Shown: in pieces, positions 13,530 to 26,335 of the stretch
Position numbering within the stretch: position 1 is the first letter of the stretch
Layout of the letters: each line of letters starts with the position of its first letter
Assembly (NCBI RefSeq): GCF_009914755.1
Contig: NC_060942.1
Reading direction: 5' to 3' (one strand)
DNA from: the human T2T-CHM13v2.0 reference genome, Homo sapiens
Length of the DNA: 64,000 bases
Position numbers and translations under genes: made by a program
The notes under the pieces: model-generated
Told to the model about the DNA's origin: nothing
What the model saw: only the letters and a program-made list of their open reading frames with translations
Databases searched by the model: none

Positions 13530-14030
13530 ACGAAAATATAAGGAACTCCTGCATTGCCGTGCTAGGCACTGTGGATGCAAGAACAAATATGTCATGGTCC
13601 CTGCCCTCAAAAAGCTTATAATTTATTATGCGGAGAAAAGTCGTGTTCAGGTAATTATAATTCAACCCTATGCCATGATGGTTTCCTGAGACACATGAGT
13701 GATTATTTCCGGCTTGGTAGAAGATTTCCTAGTGAGAATGATATCAGGCCTTGGCCTGGGAGGGTGAGTAGGAGCTCGGCAGGAAGGGAAGTTTTTCAGA
13801 GTCATCCTACTAGAGGGAGTACTGAGAATGAAAGTCCCTGAGCTTGGGAAACTACAAGGTATGAGGCCGGGGCATAGCGAGAATGAGGGCAGATGGGATT
13901 GGAAAGGTAGCCTGTGGTCTGATTATGCCAGTTTTTTTGGATACTCACTCCTTAGCCAATGAGTTAGAAGTTTGTCTTGTTGAAATTGGTGAGCTTTGGA
14001 AGGTTGAGGTGAGAGGAGATCACATCTGTG
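13530..14030 (-). mobile_element. L2 fragment
   Basis: L2 3' phrasing 'gtgctaggcactgtggat...atggtccctgccctcaaaaagcttata'. Confidence 0.55.
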
Positions 14031-14209
14031 TTCCTATGTCATGGGTTGTGGACCGTCTTTCCCGTCTTATCACATGTACTGGGACTCTTTGTTAATATAA
14101 AGTTGATATTGTAGGAAAGGCACAAATGGATGAGTAACTCAAAGCATGACCCTAGAGGAAGGTGGCTTGATGACCCAAGGAGTAGCTTATCACTTTACCA
14201 GTTAAGAAT

Positions 14210-14455
14210 AGAGAGAATTAAGATCTAGTGTTAAATAGGTCAGTAGGGTGGCCATAGTTTGCAATACTCCATTGTATATTTTAAAATAGATAGAAGAGAA
14301 TAATTCAAATGTTTCTAGCATAAAGAAAAGACAAATATTTAAGGTGGTAGATATATCAATTACACTGATTTTATCTTAACAAATTGTATGAATGTATTAA
14401 GTTATCACATGTACCCCCAAAATGTATGCATCTATCATGTACCAATAAAAAAAAT
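14210..14455 (+). mobile_element. L1MA 3' end fragment with poly-A
   Basis: 'ttgtatattttaaaatagatagaagagaa...atcacatgtacccccaaaatgtatg...caataaaaaaaa'. Confidence 0.8.
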
Positions 14456-15081
14456 AGGGGAAATATATTTAGATCCTTTTGTTTGACTGTCCAACTCTTA
14501 GGAAGTGTAACATCTGCAGGGTGCAAGGAAATGTGACTTTGGAGAGATGTTTTTTCCTGGCCTCAGAGAACACAGTAGGGTCAGTTCCCAGAGCACTCAG
14601 AAAGGTTTTTGTGGTGAGGGAAAACTGCAGTTTCTCTCAACCTGTGTTGTGTGCCAGAGATGATTACATATCCTCTCAATAACACAGTAAGCATTGCTTC
14701 TTACCAAGTGTCCCCTGTAGCCTGAGTTTATCTCAAAAGAATTCTCTGAGATCTTAGTAAGCCGCATTTATGAAAAACTTTGCAGAATGAATATTGTCAA
14801 GCAGGCTGCTGTCTTTGGCTGTTTTGTTGTGAAAGGTGCTGAGGACTAGAAAATGAGGTTATCAATCTGGGCTCAGCCACTGACCTGCTGAACTCTTAAC
14901 CCCAGGAGTAAACCACTCATTCACATGGTTACAGAGTTTGATAGGTCTGTAGAGGGCCTACTATGTGTCAAGCACCGTGCAAACAATGAGTGGTGCTCAC
15001 CTTGCTAGTGTGGAGTGAGCAGTGCAGTGAGGGACAAAGGCAGGGAGCACCAAGGGAAGGTTCTAGATGGTTGCTTATTGA

Positions 15082-15225
<144 letters not shown>

Positions 15226-15312
15226 TGATATTTATCTTGAGTTTCCATATAAGGATTATGCTGGCTTTGTAAAATGATTTGTGAAGTTTTCTTGTTTTTA
15301 TGCCATGGGATA

Positions 15313-15730
15313 TTTTTATTTATTTATATTGATATATATTAGATGTACATATTTTCTGGGTACCTTTGATTATTTGATACATTCATTTAATCAGATCAGG
15401 GTAATTGGGATAGCCATCACCTTAAATAGTGACATTTTCTTTGTTAGGAACATTCAAATTATCCTTTTCTAGCTATTTTGAGATGTACAATTGATGAATG
15501 TTAACTACAGTCACTCTATTGATCTATTGAACACCAGGTCTTATTTCTTCCATGTCACTAATCAACCTCTCTTCATTCCTCTTTTTCCTTAACCTTCCTG
15601 GCCTCTAGTAACTACCAATCTATTCTTTATCTCATGATCTACCTTTTTAGCTCCCTACATATGAGTGAGAACATTTGCTATTTATCCTTCTGTGCTTGGC
15701 TTGTACACTTAACATAGTGACCTCCAGTTC
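15313..15730 (-). mobile_element. L1MA 3' end fragment
   Basis: 'agggtaattgggatagccatcacc', 'ctctagtaactaccaatcta' and 'ttttagctccctacatatgagtgagaacat'. Confidence 0.8.
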
Positions 15731-16264
15731 ATGGAATATTTTGTGTAAACAGGGGAATGATCTATTTCTTGACTTTATGTGTGTAGCTGGTGGAAACACT
15801 TTATGAGTCTGATCTCCTTCTTGGAGATAATTTGTTGATGGCCCTTTTTTCCCCTCTTGTTTCTTTCATGGTTATTTGTCTATTTAGGGTTTCTGTTTCT
15901 TCCCAAGGGAATTTTGACAATTTGTATTTCTTGAAAATAAGTCATTTCAAGACTTCATAGTATTCTGTTGTAATTGATTTCTTCTGTATTTGCCACATCC
16001 TGTCTCACTCTTGACTTCATCTAAGATCTTCTGTTTAATTAATTCATTGCAAGATTTTCAATTTTATGTATTTTGGCATCCCTTAACTTTTGGAATTTCT
16101 TCTTCAATTGTGTTTTTTCCCCTGTTTTTCTAATCCATACATTTCCATTTTTTTCTTAATTATTAATTCCTTTGATGTTCTTTCCTTGTTAGAATTTTCT
16201 GGTCTCTTGACTTGAATTCTTTGTAAACTCTTGCTTTTGTTCTTGTTTATGAAGGGACACATTT

Positions 16265-16600
16265 TAGTGGCTTTACACAATACTTCTTGCTCATCTTAAG
16301 GCCCAATGTGGGTGTTTCTTGATCAGTGACTCTCCACCAGGCTTCAGGGACCCAGTCTCCTCCATCTGTTACTTCTGTCATTCTCTAGGGCCTTAGTTGC
16401 GTTTGCATCCCATGATGGATTGGAGGTTGAGAGTGCTCAGGCTCATTGGCCTCCTAAAATCCTGGGCCTAGAAGTGGCTCAGTCACTTCTGCTCTCATTC
16501 CATTGGCTGGAACTCAGTCACATCGCCACACCTCACTGCAAGGGAAGCTGGGAAATGTAGTTTAATAATGTACCCAGGAAGAAGTAGAAATGAATTTTGG
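16265..16600 (-). mobile_element. Old MLT1 (K/L-like) LTR fragment
   Basis: 'cagggacccagtctcctccatct' and 'tcacttctgctctcattccattggctggaactcagtcacat...gcaagggaagctgggaaatgtagt'. Confidence 0.7.
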
Positions 16601-16734
16601 TGGACACCCATTTCTTCCACATTTTTGAATAATGCTTCTTATCTTGCAATCTATGTCTTTCTGATATTAATATTGCTATATAAACTTTCTTGTGAGGTTT
16701 GTCTGTCATATGGTTTTCTATCCTTCTATTGTAA

Positions 16735-17419
<685 letters not shown>

Positions 17420-17799
17420 ATCCCTCCCAATGATTTGTATATACTCTTGTCATAACTCTTGACATTTAATTGTGCCTACATAGCTTGACAAGTCTAAATG
17501 TATTAAATATTTTAAAACTTCCCCTCATGAAAACGTAAGGACCTTAGACTACTTTCTTTCCAATTATCCTTCCTTTTGAATACTGTTGATCAAACATTTG
17601 TAAAAATTAGTTTATTTGTTTTTGCCAAGATTTTAAACAGAAATCATATTCACATTTTGCTCCAGGGAACTATTCTGCTCTTTATCATGGTATACTGGGC
17701 TGGATGGAGTGTGTGAAACAGACCCAATCTCTTCCCTAATAAAGCCTCCATGTTAGTATAATAATCAAAAGGACATGAAGATAAGGAAAATCCTGCAGC

Positions 17800-18720
17800 A
17801 GAGTTCATAGCACACTGATGCAACTTAGTTCAGAGTGTATTTTGGCAACTCTTCAGCTGAGAAAGAATAGCGGATTTGGGAAAACAAGGCCTTAAGACTT
17901 GTCATTTTAAGGCTAAGTTTTAAGAGTGTTAAAATTTAAAATCTTAAACTTTAGAGAAACGGAATCTTGAAATTACTGATTAGTTCACAATGGCAATAAT
18001 TATGGAGAAATTAGTCTGTAATAAAACTTGGCATTGAGTGCAAAGACTACCATTTTTGATCAAAGCATAGAAAGGTTCCAAGTGGGGCAGGGCAAGGAGT
18101 GGGGGGCGTGGACATTCCCAACAGCAGGCACTGCTGCTGCTGTTTCTTCCTGACAGTCAGTGGCAGAGAACTGTTTCAATAACTCCTCCAAACACTGTCT
18201 GAGACCTCACTTTGTGAGAGCTGAGTATTCCAGGTATGCTATTTTAGGGCACTGATCTCTTTAGCTGTAGCTCAACCCTATGGATAGGTGATGGGAGTCA
18301 GCTGCTTCTCCTTCAGTTTCCTAATCATGGCTTTATCATCCCTAAGATCACGCTTAGTTCCCACTAGGATGATGGGCATGTTGGAACATGGTGGTGAATA
18401 TCAGGATACCACTTTGCACAGGTATTTTCAAATGATGCAGGACTCACAAAGGAAAAGCAAATAAAGAATTCATCTGTTTGCAGATAGGACAGGAAGTGTA
18501 ATCCATCATATTCTGTCATCCAGTTGTATCCCTTGAGCCCAAATTCACTGGTTTTTCCATCCACTGTAACACTGGCAGAATAGTTGTCAAAGACAATGGG
18601 GATCTCTTCTCCAAGAAGTGCACTGGTGTGTAACTGAACAGTAGGTAAGTTTTAACTACAAATCTGTCTTCTGCCACTGAACACATGACAGCTTGCATCT
18701 AGGCCACTAGCTGGGTATCC
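17800..18720 (-). pseudogene. RAC1 processed pseudogene (CDS equivalent 18698-18116 plus part of the 3'UTR)
   Basis: Frameshifted, intronless translation matches RAC1: [15 protein letters not shown], '[32 protein letters not shown]', ending CLL. Downstream DNA matches the RAC1 3'UTR as I recall it (cttggaacctt, gcactcaatgccaa, aatcagtaattt, aaaatgacaag, aagagttgccaaaatac). Confidence 0.93.
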
Positions 18721-18999
18721 CTGGCTGGGCACAGATGCAAGAAGCAGCAGGTGCAGGGTTCAGGTTCAGCAGGTTTGGAATTTGAGGGTATTGGAAATAG
18801 TGGAATATTATATGGTCTACTGTGATTTATCCAGTGTAATGTAAATTACTGTAGTAAGACTTGCATCTAAAGTAGTTTTCATGAAATGGGCTGTGGGTGG
18901 GTGTGCTCCCAGTGATAAATAGCAATTAAGTATAAGACCCAAGGTCTTTCTACCACCTTCAGCACAAGGTATTAGAAGGATCTAGAATGATAGTCATAG

Positions 19000-19190
19000 G
19001 CCAAGATTTAAATTTCACTTCCCTCGTGAATAAATCTGTGACTCTGGGCAGGTGTTTGTTAATCTTTCTGAGACTTAGCTTGAACATTTCTAAAATGGAG
19101 ATAATAACACCAACCTACAAGGATTGTTGCAAAAATATAAATCAATGTGATTAAATGAAGAAAAGAAGGTAAAATGTATTGCAAACTGTA
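19000..19190 (+). mobile_element. MIR SINE
   Basis: 'tgtgactctgggcag...ctctgag...taaaatggagataataacaccaacct...ggattgttg'. Confidence 0.65.
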
Positions 19191-19266
19191 AAGTAACTTG
19201 AAAATGAAAGTAATTCATGTAACAAGCATTTTGAGGAATTATCGTGCACATAAATTGTATGAAGAA

Positions 19267-19700
19267 TGTTAAAAGACAAAATTAAAACTAATTAAAATAT
19301 CTTAATTGGCTTTTATTCATGACTTTAGAATCAGGCAGCCCTCCGAACCAGAACAGGTTCAAATCACTCCAGTCTGTCATGAGTTTGGATAGCATTTATG
19401 GACAGAAAATGGAAATGAGGTATAGGAAATGGAAATGAGGTACAGAAAATGAAAGTGTGGGAAAGAGACAGCTTGATTGGCTACAGCTCAGCATTTGCCT
19501 TATTCGAACATAGTTTGAACAGTTGGCTGCCCGCAATTGACTGAAGTTTGGCCACTGTGATTGGGGGAGACTCAGCTATTTGTTGCAAAAGTATACCCTT
19601 AAGCTAGGCTTCCAGTAAACTTATGTCTGAGTCAGGTTGCAATCTTCGTGAGGACTCGTGTACAGAGGCATCTTCAGGTCAAATTTAGTTTAATTTAACA
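19267..19700 (-). mobile_element. ERV1 solo LTR, MER57/MER93-like
   Basis: TGTTAA...TTAACA termini. The reverse complement starts tgttaaattaaactaaatttgacctgaagatgcctc. Internal CCAAT boxes and an ~20-bp repeat. Confidence 0.75.
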
Positions 19701-19840
19701 AAGGTGACAGCAATTTACCAGTATATCTTTAAGTGTTTCCTGTCGTTTTAGTCTACCAGTTGAGAAGTTTCCGTGGAAAAGCTTTTCTCTGAAATCCATT
19801 CTACATAGTAATATTTCCTTAACACATTGGCTGGATTTTA

Positions 19841-20538
19841 TTTTATTTTATTTTTCTTTTAACTTTTATTTTAGGTTGAGGGGTACATATGTAGGTTTGT
19901 TACACAGGCAAACTTGTGTCATGGGGGTTTGTTGTACAGATTATTTTGTCACCCAGGTACTATGTTTAGTACCTGGGTGACAACTATAGTACCCTTTCCC
20001 TCTTCCCACCCTCTCCCTCAAGTAGATATTTTTTCTCACCCTCTCCCTCTTCCCACCCTCCATCCTCAAGTAGGCCTCAGTGTCTGCTGTTCCCCTCTAT
20101 GTGTCCATGTGTTCTCATCATTTAGCTCCCACTTATAAGTGAGAACATGCAGTATTTGGTTTTCCGTTCCTGTGTTAGTTTGCTAAGGTCTCCAGCTCCA
20201 TACATGTTGCAGCAAAAAACATGATCTCATTCTTTTTCATGGCTGCATAGAATTCCATGGTATATATGTACCATATTTTCTTTATCCAGTCTATTGCTGA
20301 TGGGCATTTAGGTTGATTCCATGTCTTTGTTATTGCGAATAGTGCTGTAGTGAACATACGCATGCATGTGTCTTTATGGTAGAACAATTTATATTCCTTT
20401 GGATACATCCCCAATAATGGGATTGCTGGGTCTAATGGCAATTCTGTTTTTAGTTCTTTGAGAAATGGCCACATTGCTTACCATGATGGCTGAACTAATT
20501 TACACTCCCACCAGCAGTGTATAAGCATTCCCTTTTCT
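19841..20538 (-). mobile_element. 5'-truncated L1PA13-16-type 3' end with 10-bp TSD
   Basis: Carries the ORF2 C-terminal peptide (ORF 20175-20474) and an L1 3'UTR. TSD ctggatttta at 19831-19840 and 20539-20548. Confidence 0.9.
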
Positions 20539-21154
20539 CTGGATTTTAGAAATAGGTAAGGATTTTAAAATATCAAAGAGCATAAGGATTTTTCAACACT
20601 TGCTCCTTGATTTTATTGATAAAGAGAGAACTGTGCCAAGAGTGCATGCTTCAGTGAGAAATAATGAGGGAAAATTGTTCAGAGGGCTTACTTGGTTAAG
20701 TGCAATTAAGCTAGCCTGTAATTTTTGTATTAAACTGCTGGTAGTTGGGAACCAGTATTTGGAGCTACTCATTAAATAAATTACCTAGATTAAGGAGTTT
20801 TCCATGATTATAAACACAGGGAAGGACAAATGTCTTTAAAACCTATAGTCTTTTAAAATAAAGACTAACACGAGGTTGCTGAACAAGTAGCTCTAGACCC
20901 TGGCCACAAGGCCCACAGAGACTGTTGATCAGGGCCCTCCCATCACAGGAGAGAACTGGAATGGAGCTGCTGGGAGTCAGGATAGAACTGCTGCTTCTGT
21001 CTCTCTGGGTGTGTGCAACCTTTGATTGGCACGTAAACTCCCCGAATCTGTTTCTGTATCTCTAAAGAGGAGTCTGAACACTGATCTGGACAGGAGTATC
21101 GGAGGCTTCTGACTCAGGGTGCAGTTACAAACAAAGCTGATTCAACGAGGCATG

Positions 21155-21300
21155 GTGAGTTCTTCTCAAATGTCCATGTGCGCAGATCACCTGGAGATTT
21201 CGTTAAGCTGCAGATTCTGGCTCAGAAGCATCCAGAGTATGATCTCATGTGTGCATTTCTGATGATGCTGGCCTACAAATCACACTTTCAGTGGTGAGGG
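21155..21300. mobile_element. MER5A-like hAT-Charlie DNA transposon fossil
   Basis: 'ttctcaaa...agatcacctggagatttcgttaagctgcagattctg...gcatttct...gatgctgg...cacacttt'. Confidence 0.7.
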
Positions 21301-21775
21301 CTTTAAAAATAAAGAAAATGTTAGATCATTTAATTTAAAGACTCAGGAAAATATTGACTTCAAATAAGGCTTGTAACAGTTGTTCAATAATGTCATGGAA
21401 GTGCTGGTTTCTTTTCACTTTTTCCTGTGTTCTGTAAAGTTGGCTTCACCTTTGGGCTGGCTTTCCTCATGGGACCAAGATGGCTGCCTGCAGTCCCTGA
21501 GGCTTTGGTTCATACTTGCTTGGGTGTGACCAGCAGAAAATTTGTCTCCAGTATTACCAACAAAATTGCCTAGATTCATTTTGATTGTACAGATGAAATA
21601 AATTGATTTCTTTAACTACAAGTGGAGCGAAGGTGGAGTGAAATTTCTAGAGCCTATAGAAATCAGGGCTATGAGAAGGGGAGGGATGCTGGGGAGGAAA
21701 CCAAGAAATATCCTCTGTAGAGTCAAATAAGATAAAAGTTTTGATCAAAATTAACAAATGTAACACACAAACAAA

Positions 21776-21811
21776 CAGAGAGAGAGAGAGAGAGAGAACG
21801 GGAGAGAGAGA
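21776..21811. repeat. (GA)n microsatellite
   Basis: Direct reading. Confidence 0.85.
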
Positions 21812-22049
21812 AAACATATAGTTTGCATACTTCTCCATCTGATTTGGGAAGCTTCTGAGTCAGGAAATGTTAGTTTTTGTTTGTATCAAATATGTTTTGG
21901 AAATCATGACACCCTTTTAGGGATCCCTTTGACATATTTTATTTATTAGTTTAGATAAGAATGTGGCTTTGTGTCAACAAGATTCACTAACAAGGGTTGG
22001 ATTGAATAATACCTCTATAAAAAGATCAGAAAATGCAGAGCATGAGGAA

Positions 22050-22635
22050 ACTTTTAAAGTTTTTGTACTTTGTTTTTACCTTATAATTACAAATTTAACT
22101 TTGTTGTCCAGATAGAATTGGAGGGGAATAAAGGAAGTGTAGAATTCAAATAGTTGTAGCAAATGAGAATATAAAGAGAGTATGTGGTCAAACTGGGTGT
22201 GAGGCTGCTCTTCCCAGTATGGAAGCAAAGTTTTGTTGACTAGGATAAACACAAATCAAAGTTAGGAGAGTTACTGCAGCTAGCAGTGGTGAACTTCTTG
22301 CTAATCTTGCTATTCCTATGCACAAAACTTTGGCAATATTTGTGTTGCCATTCACTCTGATGAAAGGTGTATGCTTACCACCCAACCAGCCAGTCTTAGC
22401 AGCACAAATGAAAAACTGGGAGCTGTTTATGTTGGGTCCACCATTTGCTGTAGAAATGTGCCAGGGCTGAAATGAAGTCTTCATCAGGAAATTTCCATCC
22501 ATGCATGAACTTATCCTAGTTCCATGCTGACAGGGATGACATCACTATCCTGCTTCTCAAGAATAATTCTGAGAAGGCAAGAATCCTAACCATATTCTTT
22601 CTGTGCACATGATGGTGTTGGCCTTGGCTGGTATA
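22050..22635 (-). pseudogene. PPIA (cyclophilin A) processed pseudogene, heavily decayed and internally deleted
   Basis: Peptide 'STANGGPNINSSQFFICAAKTGWLGGKH' versus PPIA '[28 protein letters not shown]'. A PPIA-like 3'UTR and A-rich tail remnant extend to ~22050. The start codon reads AAG at 22625-22623. Confidence 0.88.
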
Positions 22636-22740
22636 GATGTGGCATAAACTGGGTAAGGCCCATGAAAAGCCTAAGAAACCTTTTAGTATTATGTTGTTAA
22701 TAAGTTGAACTTACCGAAAGAATAAAGAGTTTTTTAAATT

Positions 22741-22826
22741 GAAATTGAGCATAGTCTTGGAGACTACCTGAACTTGTAGTTGATGTCACAAATGAGGGTG
22801 GTCTTGGAGACCATACCCCCTTCACA
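22741..22826 (+). mobile_element. 3'-terminal remnant of the 5' LTR (MER77/MER68/MER21 group)
   Basis: Aligns to the last ~90 bp of the LTR at 26785-26874, ends in CACA, and is followed by a PBS. Confidence 0.75.
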
Positions 22827-25800
22827 GTTGGTGTCAAGGGTGGGATTCTCTAGCGTGACCCTGACTCACCGAAACATGATTTGAGAAGAAGAATGAGAGG
22901 GCTGAGGCTGAAGAACCTTTGACTCCTGAATGACTACCTGGTCACCTATGGTATGGAACTACAGGTGTGTGGCAATCAGTTATTAGAGGCAAAAGTTACC
23001 AGTGGAATTTAGAGATAGCTCCAGCTTCCAAGGAGTTAGCTCACTGGATACTCAAGAAAATGTAAAATAATAAGAAATACGCTAAATATACAATCCATTG
23101 GCTTTGTTATCTATAATTGCTAAACTGAAAGTAAAATAGTACTGGGGCAGATCCTGACTTTATACCAAGCTCAGGTCTTGTCAGTCTGAGATATGGCCAC
23201 ATTGTCTCAGGGCTGCTACCAAAGGGAAAAGTTATGCTGGGACAATAATAGGTAGCACCTCTATGACCTCCAGTCATTAAGGACGTGGCCAGTTTGGGGA
23301 AAGGCAAAACCAAACTGGTGAAACCAAGGCGTACAATGTAAAAGTTATTTCATTTTGTGCATTGGTATCATCAAATTCCTGAGGAACCTTTACAAAAAGG
23401 GATTGTGAGTGAGTAACTTAGGGGATGTATCTTTGGTTTTGATTGCTGCAGAATGAAAGAGCATGTTTGGGTTGATATAAGACCTAGCTCACTATTGAAC
23501 AATCATGGATGGCTATATGTGATCTAGACACACAGAAGGTTGTTCCTGAGAGGACAGCTAGCCTTGTGGACTGAATAAAAGTCACTATAAAGTTAGTTTA
23601 CCCTGAGAATGGGGGTCTGTCCAACTCCCCCTATACTTGCCAAATGGAAGACTCCAGATGAAGTAGCTAGTATGCCTTGTATGCAAGCCATGTTGGATTG
23701 ACTTTATGATAATCTGGATATTCATCTACAGAATATGCCCCTTACCCAAGACATGGTAAATGCTGTGATTAAGGTAGCTACCTTTGCATCAGTACCCCAT
23801 ATAACATTATAGCTGCAATATGAAGAATAGTTTGCGAAGCTTCATCACATTTATTGTCTTAGTTTCCTTATGGGTTTTACAGATGCCAAAAAAATTAGAG
23901 TTAGTCAGAAGAAAATGGGGAAAGACAAAAAGGAGAGTCAGGAGAGTCAACCTTGCAGGTTGGTAATCTTTAGATGGTTGTTAAGAAATGGGATGAATAA
24001 AGCAGATAGTAATGGGTTGAAACAGAGGTCTTAATGTAGCACTACTGGAGGTTGGCTGGACCAATGGGCCCCCCTGCTGGTCCCCCAACATTAAAAGACC
24101 CCAAACAAATCTGCTCTTTTTACTCCATTTTGGAGGTATTTGAAAAGCTGGAAGGGAAAGATGACAATGAGAAACTTGATTTCGAATCACCTGGAGAGAT
24201 GGTCTGCCACATTAATAAAGATGAAAATTGACAGAGGGGCCAGGATCCTCTGGCTCAATCCCCATCTGAGAACCCAAGGGCAAATGTACATGTATGGGTA
24301 AAATGACCTGTGGGGTCAAGGGAGAAAAGAATTTTCTAGGGCTTCTTGACATGGGATCCCAATGCTCTAGGATTCCAAAACCTGTTGGTGAAGTCGTAAT
24401 GGAATCTACAGTCAAATGAGAGGATATGGGGATGCAGTGTTTGATGGGATTAAGGTGAAGATTGGATTAAAATGGAAATGTTTGAATGGATATTATGTAA
24501 AGTGGTTACATTTCTTGTCCCCGGACATCCCTTCCAGAGGAGGAAAGTTTGAGTAAGAATAAACCACAAATGGAGAGAACAAGAACTAGCAGTTGGGGAT
24601 AAAGGAATGAATAAATGGGTTATTGCAACGAGGAAAATCCAATTTTACATTGGTGCCTTAAGAGAGGCTCAGAGGAAGAGAATAATATTATCTCTTAGCA
24701 CAATTATACTAGATACCCACACGGGTGAAGCTATGTATTTGTCACATTCATCTTGCTTCTGGAACCTGACAAGATGGAATAGAAGCCGGCAAACCTGAGT
24801 AGCGCTGCCCTGGGAGACATGCTGGTCATACAATATGATGAACTGGAGGAATGGTTAATGAGTGAGTAGAGCTCTAGTAATAAGTCAATACCTCTGACCC
24901 TTATTTTTCAGGTTTTATCTACTACAAAGGATATCACTTGGGAAGGAATTTCTTGAAACTGCTCCCAAGAGAGCCATTGGACCATGTGGTAAACAACTCC
25001 TAGCTGATGGATTATTGGGTAAAGATAAACCTGGATGATCCCATGCTCAGAAAGTTTCCTGATTATAATGAATAAGATGTAGCAGTGGCATGCCCAATAT
25101 TCCATAGTATGCTATGCACAAATATACATCACCTTTGTTTTTGTGGATGGCAAGCTATTAAACAGAATAGGAAAGACCAGTGGGTTCCTGATGGGATTAG
25201 AGCAGTAGGTACCACGTAGTGATTCTGACTTCCTCTGGGAATAGCCCCACCCTGAGTTGAAGAAGGCTATAGCAGGCCTGGTATACAGAAACTAAATTAT
25301 GTCTACCTGTATCTTGTATGGTGGACTCAGCATTTTGGGTACAAAATGTGTATTTTAGTTGCACTCAGGCTGTTAGTACCCAATGGCAACAACATGAATG
25401 GTAGAACACAGCACTGGCCTGTGAGACAGAAACATGCTTTAGGGGAGACATCTTCTAGTTGAGGCTTCATTGGATGAGCTGAATTTGCTTTTAGTGAGGA
25501 GTGGCATTTGGAGAAAAAGACTTATTAACTAGAATGAGCAGATTAAAGGGAATTCCCTTCCAGGAGGAATGCAAGAAATGACAGTCAGCCTGGACAGGTG
25601 ATGAGGCTTTAGTGAAGTAGGACAGGCCAACTCACAAATAATGCTGGATAATGCTAGGACCCAGTGTTGGGAAAGCCTTGTACTCAGGCACAACAGGGTC
25701 TCTTCATTATTTTAATACTGACAGGGACTGAAGTAGCCATGGAACAATAGCCCTCCATTCTAGCTGTTGAGGCCCGCGAGGCACACGTATGGGAATCTTA

Positions 25801-26335
25801 TGGCTCTTCACCTATGGGCGTCCTCTAGGAACACTTGCAATTTACACTGAAGCAATGTGACTGCCCTTGCTCTAGGATAGATCAAAACAAGACATATCGT
25901 AAAGTACAGTTATCAGAGGGAGGAACTGTTCTGAATATTACCATGTCCTCCCTGTAGCAGGGAGGTGAGCCCTGCTATGTGACAGCACAGAATAAAAACT
26001 GGTCTTAGTACAAGCCTGTGAACTGAGACAGGGTGAATGGTTTTGTCTGTAACTGACTTGGACCATAGAATAACCAATCATGACTAATTGTCATGGTGCC
26101 TATTCATAGTAATATATGGTATATGGGCAAGGTTGATTATCTCGTGAAGGGATAGCAAATATGTCTGTAATTCTTAGTGATTTGTTCTGTAATAAAGCTG
26201 AACTGTACCATGGTCATACTGTGATATGGTATAACATTGGCACTGCTGGTAAGACTCAATTACCTTATGTAAATGGGTCTTATGATAACACTGATATTGA
26301 TGATCAACTGTATTGGGAGATTTAGTTAGAATTTA
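22827..26335 (+). mobile_element. ERVL-class (class III) internal region, decayed gag/pro and further remnants
   Basis: Lies between two related LTR copies and has a Leu PBS. The aspartyl protease motif FLGLLDMGSQCSRIP at 24333-24377 resembles ERVL FRGLLDTGSELTLIP. Confidence 0.75.
22829..22846 (+). promoter_or_regulatory. Retroviral primer-binding site, tRNA-Leu
   Basis: tggtgtcaagggtgggat matches the Leu PBS TGGTGTCAGGAGTGGGAT at 16/18 positions, 2 nt after the LTR end. Confidence 0.75.

Noticed and set aside
19405-19460. ~20-bp direct repeats as a CRISPR-like array
   Set aside because: There are no spacers. They are internal tandem repeats of an ERV1 LTR in a primate genome.
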